This document shows, piece after piece, positions 41,420-52,730 of a stretch of DNA of 64,000 nt. The stretch's first letter is position 1. Every line of letters starts with the position of its first letter. The stretch lies in the NCBI RefSeq assembly GCF_000150275.1, contig NW_002060944.1:6299102-6363101 (forward strand). The letters run 5' to 3'. The notes beneath the pieces were generated by a model. The model did no database searches. It was not told where the DNA came from and was given only the letters and a program-made list of their open reading frames with translations. Source of the DNA: Trichoplax adhaerens. Its lineage: Eukaryota; Animalia; Placozoa. The position numbers and the translations under genes were made by a program.

Positions 41420-42250
41420 TGCGTTTACAGTACTGTACTGTAAGTGTTATGACCAGGTTATGACTTGGCTTGTACAGTACTTTTACAGAATGCGAATGGT
41501 CAACACATGGTACTTAGTACTGAGGGAGTACTGGACGCAGAATTTTTTCCTAGTATGAAAAAATTGTGACAATACCTTTGAAAAGATCCATAGCACAGTA
41601 CAAACTACAAAGTGTAAAATGACTGTCAAGATGATAGTGTGCGGTAGTCTGCTTTGCTAGTTCCAAATATTCAGTATATATTATTCTTAAGATTCTTTAT
41701 CCTCCACTTTATACATACTAGTGAATTTTTCTTTTATGGTTGAGACCATTAATTGAAGTGAAAAAATTGTTTTTTTATTCGATACGTGTGATACGATACG
41801 CTACGATTTTCTCCTTTGTACTGTACAGTACAGTACAGTATAGTGTACCTGTATTGAAAACTCTTGGACGGACAGATGCTATCAACCTCATCTCGTTACC
41901 AAACACTGCGCTATGGCGGTACTTTAGTAAGCAGACGGTAGATTTTGAATTGACTGATGATATCTAAATTAAAGTAATATTACGTTGAATCTTATTATTT
42001 GTTACAGAGTTCTGCTTGAAAAAGTTATATAGAAGATTGTAAATGCTATTTAAATTAATACCTGTGATTTAGAAAACAGAAATGGAAAATCCATAGTAAG
42101 TAGTCATTTTTCGATATTTACGACCTCATTTGGTAAGAAAAGTCCACCTGTCCGAGGGAGTGATCAGTCCAGGTCTTGTTCTAGTGGTCTACTGTACAGT
42201 ACAGTGTACACTGTACAGTACATGTACTCGTATGTAATGTACTGTTTTAG
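41420..42250. repeat. CAGTA/TACTG-rich array not adjacent to any recognisable coding gene
   Basis: tacagtactgtactgta (41427), gtactgtacagtacagtacagta (41818), tactgtacagtacagtgtacactgtacagtac (42190). Confidence 0.7.
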
Positions 42251-45200
42251 GGTTCAACAGTCGATTCGATTTGTCGAATCTGGTTATTATTCGATTCGGT
42301 TCGAGAGTTTGTATGTAGAATGTGATTAATTTGAAAATTTAAATCGAAGTTTTTTGTAGTGTTCGATACGTACTGTAAGTGAAATGTACCGTAAAAAAAT
42401 GTACTATAGGTTTTGATCATAAAGGTAAGAGAACCTCTATCTCTATGGATTTGATTGCTGTTGTGTTGACCACTGTTACGGCGGCGTGACTTGTATGCTG
42501 GTTGAACCGACCGTACATGTACCAGTGACTGTTGGTTTGTATTAGAATTTCAAAGAAAATGAAATAACTTAATGCTGCAGTAAAAATTAATAGAAACATC
42601 GAGAGCCAATTACTCAAGGTTGTAATGATCTATTTATGTGGAATTTGAGCCGAATTTAATGTAAATGCCTTGAAAATTTAAAAGATCTAAACTTTCAACC
42701 AGAGAGCTCACCACGCCCCTGAAATAGTGGTCTTAAAGCAACATCAGTACATTTTTACTTTACTGTACTTGTACTGTATGTGCGCAGAACCACGGAGCAC
42801 GGTTCGAACTCAGTCCAATTTCGAGCCGCACTAGAAACATTACCATGGCGGAGTAAAGAGAAAGAGAGGGACTAGGAAGCCATTTTCAGTACAAAATAAT
42901 ATCGAGGCTAATCATTTTCCCGGTCATTCCGTTAAATGGTAGCAATGAATTCATCTATTATACTGCACAAAATCAACTTCGCAGCATGTTTGCAGCTAAT
43001 TTAGATGCGAATATTGGACAGTACACTAAAGTGTACCACTGTAGACGTGCGATATAGTTGAAATGACTAGTAAAAATAACCAGCCTCCACATTATTAGTA
43101 TAGTGAACGACCATTTCTTGTCCCTCTCTTTCCCTTTAGTAGTCCCTGACACTACATACTATGGAGGGGAGAAAAAAATAGAGTTCTAAAAAATCAGGGA
43201 CTTACTACTAAGAAGTTCTTAAGACGGACCGACAACAGGTGTAGCGGTACTCTTATGAACTATGAATCATAGGGTATTATTACAGGACTTTATTGGACTT
43301 TATACCACTATGACACAGCAACTACAAAGTGCCGAAAGATAAAGGCAAAATAATACAAATATCATGTGATAAGTTAAAACAAAGAACAAAGATGGCGTTG
43401 TATTCCTTTGATCTATTTCCGAAACACTCCAGATCTAGAATAAACAATAGTAGACTATTCATCATTGTTAAGTAATTTAACCCGTATTTCGAGATAGCAC
43501 TCCACTAGCGACTGTATTCAGTACGCAGGGCTGTATGCTGTACTATACTGTATTGTAGATTTATTACGAAAAACTTTGAAGATAGTATAGAGACTTAAAT
43601 TAGCACCCGATTTCAATGGATATACCACCTTACTTGTTACCTATACTACTTAGTACAGTACTATGCAAATGTTTATCATACACGGTTCCTGACGTAGATA
43701 ATTACAATATCAAAACTCGAATTGCATACATCCACGATATCGTTCAATGTTATCAAGCACTAGGATTGGCACTATCTTAACTCCTTTACGCAATTATGAA
43801 CTTGATACACAATTTAGATAGATAAACGTCAAAGTTTTTATCTTCAATCTTAGTTAAGTAAAATTTAAAATTCAAACACGCAGGTCTTTGTAATCCACTG
43901 ATGCAACGCCCATTTGCTCGTTGGAATATTGCAGTCGTTTTAGATTGTTCTCTTTATCACTACGATATATGAGAATAGCCTTACACGTAAGTTTCGTTCT
44001 ACCGCTAACATATCACTTGAAATAAAATCATGGGTCATTACGGAATCAGCTTTCGGTATGTCAAGAACCTGATTATCGAGTATCAGATGATGTTACATCA
44101 TTGGAGTTCTCAATACTACATTTTAATGAATTCATTAGTTCGTTGTCTCGAAGGCTTCTTACTATCACAAACGCTATACAGATTTGAAAACTTTCTTGGA
44201 TATTATCTTTCCATCTCATGCCAAATAGCATAAAAGAAATAAATTTAGTAATTCTTAAACTTTATCTGACGTAATTACCTTATTATCAAAATTAAGATTA
44301 CAAAATATACTCGTATGTCAGAGTATAGCTCCACGTACTCGTGCACTAAATGAGGCTTTTTATTGTGTCGAAAGGATATCCATTCAAATATTAAAAATGT
44401 TTATGCTATAGGTGAAGAGCTCCTTAAATTGGCAATTTTGATTATCTTAAAAGCTGTTAATGTCTACCATGTCAACAATTTGTTGATACTTTCGATACTA
44501 TTCATGGCTATTAAGGTATTAAATAATACCAGTATCAATTTCTAGGTCATCTACAGTAAATGTATCACTACTCACAAGGGTTTGGTACTAGTCCGCTTAA
44601 ACTCTATAAATTTCAGGTACGTAACAATAGTCCCTGATGAACATTGTATTGTATTAACAGTCTTCACAGTTAATTAACACTGTACTGCAGCTCGTGTATG
44701 TAGCTGTGGTATGGCGATAAGTTCCGTTTAAGTCTACGTAATGGTATCTTTCAATATCCTCTCTGATATTTCTAATGACAAGTATGCTATCAGTGCTGTT
44801 AATTATCGTCAGGAATTTAAGGGGAAATTGATAGACCATTTGACCGATATGATGACATATAAATGATTGTAACTGGTCTAGACTTTCGTTCAATCTAATC
44901 TTACCATTGAACCAATTTTAGTCAAGTGAAAAACATGAGTTTAGGGTAATATATGAGTATGTATACTTATATCCTTAAGCGTTTATACGATCTGATCAAT
45001 CCAATACGACAATATGTTCGATATTCATATTTCTGTTTAGTATTATCGGACTAACCTGCAATGTTTCTGCTTGATGATTTTTCGATCATAAATATTAAAG
45101 ATGGCTATCGTCACACCGTACCTTTCTTTACCGCCATTTTTTTTTCTTTTTCGTTATAATAGTATAAGCGAAATCAGAGATGAATGTCGTAAAGCATAAC

Positions 45201-46099
45201 CGCCTAGTATCGTATCTGCTAACAAAATTAACGATATATCTAACGTAAGAATTAAAATAAAATTTGGCAGCTTCTCAAGTGTTAGACGATAAAGTTGACT
45301 GACAATGTGTTAATAAGTTTCAGATACAATTAAAAATGTTAGCATGAGAAATAAGCTCGTGCTATCAAGACGTTATTCATGTAAAATTTATAACTATACA
45401 TGCAAACCATCAAACTATGTCTTAACATAAATTAAATTCTCACAGAAATATTGTAATTGTGCAAAATTAATAGATGTTAGCGAATAAAAAAGATTGATCA
45501 AGTTCTTAGTCAGGAACGAAATAAATCGAAGTTTTCAGCCTTGATAGTTCTTACACTAGTGATCAGATGAAGTGTAATACATCACTTTCTAGAAAACATA
45601 CATTGATGTATTTCTCTTTTTCTTGTGTAGATCATACTGTAAACTGCATATTGTACGCTAGTAATAGTAGTAAGCGTTATGTCATCCTAGGATGATCAAT
45701 TGAAGAAACATAACTTCCTAAAATAAAATTCCAAATGATAAAATACCAATTCTAATCTTTCTAGAATTACATTAACGAATAAATTATACTGTATATTTAC
45801 GTAAGGCAAGCTTCATCTTCAAAGGACAGCCAGCTAATAATTCCCAAAGTATAAAGACAATTTGAATATTTTTCGTGAGAGCCTTACAGGCTGATTACGT
45901 GCACGGAATGCTTAAAAATAGTAAAATAAAGAGAAGAGATGTTTCCCAGACAATTATAACAATACATAGAGAAATTATGACATGAGTAAACTTGCTGCTT
46001 AGTGATTACTGCTAACAATACGTAAACGATCATCTGACCCTGACGCTGTAACGGCTTCTCTACAGTGTGTATGTACTACTATCAATAATAAATTCTTTA

Positions 46100-47000
46100 A
46101 AATAATATTCATAGCCAAGAATATCAATTCACTAACAATATTATCACAAACTTTTTGGATTAAATACCAATTAATATTTCATAGATTTTCCTTTAATCAA
46201 GAAAAGGTAGCATGCCAATCTAGATAGATTGTACGTGTAAACAATATCTGATAAAAACTTCTGTAAATACTTTGCGTTAAATAAGCAAAGAAAGTTTACT
46301 GAAAACATACTAAGCTGTCGCAATAAATCCTATACAGACTATAGGATTGAACAGGTCAAATTATTGACTATCTACTACTGGTACAAATTACTAAAGAACT
46401 TTTTGCTCACTCTCAGTGAGATGATCTTTGTCCAGTGTTAAATAGCTTATTGTTTCTGGTCGTCGTTTATGCTAAATTAACAACGTGACTTTCTAATGTT
46501 GTTAGAGGCTCCATGAGTACAACAGCGATGTAATTTTTTTCAATTAACTACTTAAAGTATCTCACTAATATACATAATCGAATAAAAATGTTGTCTTACT
46601 TGGATTGAGGCATTATCGAACAACTACGGCTGGATACCAATTTCAACTGAATAATTAGTTGACCTCGACATAAAATAGCGCCAACGGTATGAAATGACAA
46701 TCAAACCAACGAAAGCTTGCTGCAATCCTGTAGACTGAATTTTACTATGATCAAGTGATAAATAAATTAATTAGAGCATGTCTGAACTTTAGACTGGTCG
46801 TTAGTTATAGTCTAAAGTAAAACATCCAGATTACATAACTGTTGACCAGTTCTCTAAGGCAAATTTGCACAACATGTTAATAAATATTTCACAAATTAGA
46901 AGCTAAACGCTGATTTATTATTAAATAAAAAATGAACTTCATAACAGAAAATATTGATCCTTATGATCTCTTTGATACCGATATTTGTCTCCATGATTAA
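46100..47000 (+). pseudogene. Decayed LRR-coding relic; boundaries approximate
   Basis: One frame at ~46552-46650 reads LKYLTNIHNRIKMLSYLD*GIIEQLRLDTNFN*, which is two LxxLxLxxN-like units. ITKELFAHSQ* lies upstream. Confidence 0.4.
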
Positions 47001-50000
47001 ATTTAGTAATTATCTTCAAGAAATAGACTCGTATACCTTTTCATTGTATTCAGACACTAAAAATGTGATTATAGCTCAAAATTCACAGCGACATTTGATA
47101 AAGCAGTTTTGATCGTGAATGCAGCAGAGTAGTGCCTTTGTGTAAGAAAAAATTATTCACACCAATTAATAGAATCTAGTTTAAAATTATTATACACTTA
47201 TTGGCACTACCATACAATACGAGTACTCTAGAAGCTCACTACGACATCAAATTAAAAACTATATCAGCTTTCATCTATTTAAATTCGCATATACGTCGAT
47301 TTTGATGCTTCATAAATGTACAGTACGTTTATCTCTGCTTTTCATGATCATAATTATCAACCTTTACTCACAATTGTTAGTACATCCATAATTATTAAGT
47401 TACCTTCTCCGATATTGCAATAACTTCTTATCAATTCTTTTATCGTATACTTTGTTACAATGAAATACACCATTTTAAAGGCATGAACAGCATTCATAGC
47501 TGTAAAGATAAAATTAATTACAAGCGTAATAAGAAAGTGGTAACCCTACATCGGTTAATGTATAAAGCTACAGAATCTCATAAGAATCGTTTACTAACGA
47601 AAAATGGGAAAAATTTATGTTTTCCTCAAACGAATTAGTGGAAAAGTTCATTCAGTTGCATAATACACTCAATAGTATCATTGAATGTTAACTTTTCAAA
47701 ATGAAATGTTTTATATAGCAACGATGCCGAATATTAAAGAGTTTTTTTTATAAAGAATGATCATAAAAAATTTATGCAAGATATTACTAGCGTTCTTCTA
47801 AGCTCAAATTATAAAACTTTAAAAACAGTTTAGTTATTGTACTCTTAAGGTATAAATCTTACCTAGTTCTATTTTCTTTGCTAAAATATTTCGGTCCATT
47901 AAAGACACTTTTTCATTGCCTACATGTTAATATACTTATCGAAAAATTAATTAATGTACAACTTAAGAATTTTCATTCACCTTTATTTATATTACTTCGC
48001 TATCTTGATTAGGCCTTCGAGGTGATACTGTAAGTAATTCCTAACTTAGATTGTAATTTTAAATTAAAGAATACCATGTTTAATTACAGTAATGCATTGA
48101 GTCTTTTAATTAACGGCAGCTAAGTAAATATGTGATCACCAAAAACAACCGATTTCGTACCAATTGTAACCATCATTCTCTTTAGTGAACATCGCAACCC
48201 AATCGTACTTTAATCATCTCGACGGCCGGAATCTAGTGAATAATGATCATGATCGATGCACCCAAATTGTATGATATTTGCACTTAGTAAATCAGCGATA
48301 TTGTCAATATTAAACTCACTCATACTCAAGCTACTTCGGTTTGATTTAAGATTTCAGCCAGTGTATTGAGCATTAACGTTCTAAGATAGTTTCTCGCTAT
48401 GATTTGTTAGAAAGTGAAGTAGTTTAAATCTTCTGGCTGCAAGACTGAAAAAATCTATGAATTTACGTTAGATAGCTCCTACAAGTCGAGTATATGTATG
48501 GTAATTGTCGTATATGTTAATGTAAGTAATGATTTTTCGTAATTGGATAATCACGGTTCGTCATTGAACATTACTTGTGTTGAAAACGTGAAATAAACAT
48601 TTTCTAGCGGTAAATGCATAGAATAGCTGCTATAGGGCTATTGCACAGTAATAATGACTATCGAATGAAGATAAACTAACACTATAAGCAAACAGACCAA
48701 TCATAAAGAAGATATTACACAACTTAAAGCTGTCTTATATTATGATACAGGACTAGCATTGTACAATTATAGCTGCAAACAATAGAGCTAGTATACGGTT
48801 CATTAGTTGACATTATTTTTCGTTGATATATACATGAGCCGTATAAATATTCAGCACAATACAATCATTTATATACAGTATATACATTACCTTAGTCAGT
48901 TAGATATTGTAATACAACTTATGTTTAATAAGAATTTACATGAAAATGAAAATGAACTAGAGCGCACTACAACGTACCGCGTTTACTCATAATAATTTAT
49001 AATAGAGCGCTACTACGGGTACATATGTAATCGAGTAATTTTTTGTAACAGTAAGTGTGCTGCTTAGACTATATTTGCAACTTTCCATGTCGGATCGCAC
49101 AATTCGGTCTTAGCAGTAATAAATTCACAACCATTTTCCAAGTTTCAAACATGGAAAGAAAAGAGAGTAAACTAACCTGACCAGCTGGATTCAAATTAAA
49201 AGTGTAGTTTATTTTGCTATGACACTCGTGGTTTTATATTTTCAATTTGCAAATTATACAACAGGTGGAAAATGCACGCGTAAGTTCCATCTATATCGAC
49301 ACAGGATTATTGAAAAAATGAACAACAGATGGATTATTATATTACATACGAAATATGTCAGTCTAAGAAATGAAATTGTACAGTGATATCAATATGTCTG
49401 TTAAGGTAATTTAACGATAGGTAGAAAGTAGTAAAATTTTTAATATATGATCTATGATACGCATATGTTAAATAAATATTATTTATATACTTTTTTAAGT
49501 TGTTCTAATAACCAATTGTCTTATTGGATTGCAATGACTATATTTTCTATACAAGTTACTACCTAAACACCATCCTCAATTTTAATTACTACGATCAGAC
49601 CATATCGGAATAAAAATTAATTATTACAATCTTTTCTAAAGAGAAATTTGCGTTTTACTCATATTGATTCCCCAATAGAGTCTTCAATTACAAATATATA
49701 GCATAGGTTTTAAGAATATAATCGATATTTTATAACATTTGCAGTACTACAGGATAACTTAGCAAGTAATATTAGAACAATAATAGTATTCAGAAGAGAA
49801 GAAAGGTTTCTTTGTGAATATTTTCATTAATTGTAAAATTTAAAGCGCGGACATTTAAAACGCTTTAATCGAGTAAACTTTAGTTTAGAGTAAGCTAGTT
49901 TCACTGCGTAACTGAATTTATGACTGATTTAGTTCGAAAAGAGAGAGATTAGAATGTATACACAAGATGTGTTCCAACTATTTCAGGCTAGTCTCGATGC

Positions 50001-50241
50001 GTAGTTTACAATTTAATCGTCCATTTGAGTTTTTCGATGAGTAACGTAGTTTTAATGTCGATGCATATGCTAATGTTAAGAGTCGATGTCACTTATTTCT
50101 CGTTCAAGCATACTTGACTAACTAATGATGATTATAGCATTAAAATAGAAGATGATACCTACGGGTATGAGTCATGAAGTGATGTCATTGTTTGATTACT
50201 GTGATATATAAGCGTAAGTCCGCTCTATTCTTCTCTACAAA

Positions 50242-51837
50242 TTATGGATTTTCGGCATCTCTTGAATGAATTCTGAAGTGGATTTTAAGATGATAACTCT
50301 GAGAAAAGGATTTTCCACACGTTGAACACTTGTAGGGCCTTTCACGAGTATGGATTCTTTTATGACGCGTTAAACTGTAGGATCGTGTGAAAACCTTAAG
50401 ACATATATTACAGCGGTACGTTTTATTGCTTGTGCTACTTGCCAATTGAAAATATGGGAAACTTTCTTGAGTATGACGAACTTGTACGGGTGCGTATACC
50501 GGAGCAGGAAAAATATTTGGCAATTGATAGCAGTATGTGACAGGTAGCATATTTACTGCAAACTGCTGCGTGGCAATGGTATCAGAGGGAGCTGATGATG
50601 CTATTTGAGATGGGACAGATGATGCAAGGTTACCTTCAGCACTAACCTGTGTGTAATTCACATTATGCGCAACATTCCTGGCTAATGGATTTGACCCTCC
50701 TACATTTGATGACAAGACTGTTTTATAATTACTTAAATTGGTATCATTTGAAATTTTAATTGTTGTTCCTTGTGACGAATCTCGTGCACTTTCAACATCA
50801 CTACCAATGGATGTGGTTGAACTTTCGAGTAATTCATTACTAGCATTTAATAATGTTGCTTCAGTTTCATCTGTAGGCGAGCTTAAGATACGTTTTACAG
50901 AAAAGCTGATCTTAGTGTTAGTCTTAGTAGTATTCATAGTTAATGTAGTATCCTTGTCTAAGTTCAAGCATAAAGTGTTACGATTGTTGATTCTGGATGA
51001 TCGTTTCTGCTTTTCAAATGTACCTTCTGCTACCAATTGATTACTCCCAGATCGAGACGTGGTTAAAATTGCTACAGAGTCAATGTCGCTGCTATCGCTA
51101 GAAGATTCTCTAAATGATCCTTGGCGATGTTGTCTCTTATCGAGTCCTGAAGTAGGTAGTGAAGAAGTAATAGCTGCATTTTTTGCAGTTGGCAGCTCCA
51201 TGTCGTCTCTGCTACAGCCTGCTACTGGACTATCACCTCTTAACAACGCAGACACGTTGCGGCTGGTTGTAATCTCACTATCATTGCTATCTTGCTTGAT
51301 AATATTGCTTACGCATTTGTCACGGTTATTGCGTATGAAAGATGGAGTTAGGTTATCGTCTGATTGTGGAGTTCCAGATTGATTTCCGTCCCTTTCCAAA
51401 GGTTTATCGTTATAATAGATGTATCCCTTATTAGTCGACGATATACTGGTATGTCTTCGGAATTGGTGCAATTCTAATATAATTGCAGCATAAACAGCGA
51501 TCATATTGGTACAATAAGAGGGCAATGATAAATCTTCGTCGGCGGAGTTGAAAATTTTGTGTAGAAATTCCGTCAACCAAAATGTCATCTGGGATATAAT
51601 TTCATCTATAGCAAAATTAGTTTTGCCAGTATCAAATACTGTTGACTTTTTTGATGCCGGATGAACAGGCAAATCTCCAAGCATTTCCCAAATAATTTTA
51701 AGATGAGACTTAGATAATTGCCCATAGCTAGCTGTATTATCTCTGATAACTTGAAGCAATTTGCAAAATAATTTACTGATTGTGTATTGATCTCCACCTA
51801 TTTTAATCTGTCGCAGTATATTGACTATATTTTCCAT
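50242..51837 (-). CDS. Zinc-finger gene C: 531 aa; N-terminal helical domain, eh1 motif and only two C2H2 fingers
   Basis: Single ORF. eh1-like FSVKRIL at 50904-50884. Fingers [49 protein letters not shown], then SRDAENP and stop. Confidence 0.9.
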   Translation of the reverse strand: MENIVNILRQIKIGGDQYTISKLFCKLLQVIRDNTASYGQLSKSHLKIIWEMLGDLPVHPASKKSTVFDTGKTNFAIDEIISQMTFWLTEFLHKIFNSADEDLSLPSYCTNMIAVYAAIILELHQFRRHTSISSTNKGYIYYNDKPLERDGNQSGTPQSDDNLTPSFIRNNRDKCVSNIIKQDSNDSEITTSRNVSALLRGDSPVAGCSRDDMELPTAKNAAITSSLPTSGLDKRQHRQGSFRESSSDSSDIDSVAILTTSRSGSNQLVAEGTFEKQKRSSRINNRNTLCLNLDKDTTLTMNTTKTNTKISFSVKRILSSPTDETEATLLNASNELLESSTTSIGSDVESARDSSQGTTIKISNDTNLSNYKTVLSSNVGGSNPLARNVAHNVNYTQVSAEGNLASSVPSQIASSAPSDTIATQQFAVNMLPVTYCYQLPNIFPAPVYAPVQVRHTQESFPYFQLASSTSNKTYRCNICLKVFTRSYSLTRHKRIHTRERPYKCSTCGKSFSQSYHLKIHFRIHSRDAENP

Positions 51838-52075
51838 TTCGTTCAGTTGAAAAATCGAGACTTGTCAAATGTTCAAAATTCGTCACTGTTTGAACTGTAA
51901 ATAAAAGTCAAGATTTTTAAATTACCTGGTAAACTACGTACTGTATTAGAGTTGCTGATCACTGGTAATTCATAATAATAATAATGATAATAATATGCGT
52001 CAAATTAACTTCGTATGTAATTCATATTATTAATTACCAGCATGCGCACGTCTCCTAGTCAATTAATTGTGAATG

Positions 52076-52093
52076 TTAGGGTTAGGGTTAGGG
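52076..52093 (+). repeat. (TTAGGG)3 about 240 bp upstream of the gene C start codon
   Basis: ttagggttagggttaggg, directly abutting a CAGTA array. Confidence 0.85.
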
Positions 52094-52730
52094 TACACGT
52101 ACTGTACAGTGCAGTACAGTACAGTACAGTAGTGTACTGTACTTTCACAGCGTACTGTACACTGTACTGTACAGTACAGTATAGTCAAACAGTTTAGGGA
52201 CCAAGAGAAAATTTTCTCTTAGTAGGTCCAGTACTGTACAGTAGGACTCCCTACCGGGTTTAAGCGACGTTCACAACGAAGTCGTGTGGCGTCCAGATGT
52301 CCTTTCGTCCGCCGCCAGAACATTGAAGGCTACAGTATGTACTGTAAAGTACGTACTGTGTGTATCAAAGTATTTTGTCACTTTGAAAAGCATCAACCAG
52401 TGATCTTAATGAGCAAATACTGATTAAGAGTTGTTACATTCCATAGCATTTATCATTCTATTATAGCTTTACTGTATTTTTAAAGAAAAATATTGCCCGA
52501 AAGTGACAAAATGTTATGGTACACAGTGTACTGCAAACTCTGGACAAAGCGGTCTTCATGATCTGGTCCGATCCGATCCGGACCCTGGTCTACGGGATGC
52601 AAAGATGGGCCTACAGTACTATATTTCTAGTACTGTAATCCTTGATCCTGTACTGTACAGTTTACAGTATGAACTGACTAACTGTGAGTCAAGTACTGCT
52701 CTACAGTACAGTACTATACCCGTACTTTAC
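52094..52730. repeat. Dense CAGTA/TACTG array upstream of zinc-finger gene C (candidate promoter region)
   Basis: gtactgtacagtgcagtacagtacagtacagtagtgtactgtac (52099) and gtactgtacactgtactgtacagtacagta (52152), interspersed with GC-richer blocks at ~52240-52330 and ~52540-52615. Confidence 0.8.

Noticed and set aside
42780-42832. GGTTCGAACTC B-box-like motif suggesting a tRNA or SINE
   Set aside because: No convincing A-box, cloverleaf or acceptor stem; only a short local hairpin.
52076-52093. Chromosome end or fusion site
   Set aside because: Only three hexamers with no head-to-head arrays; the repeat is interstitial.
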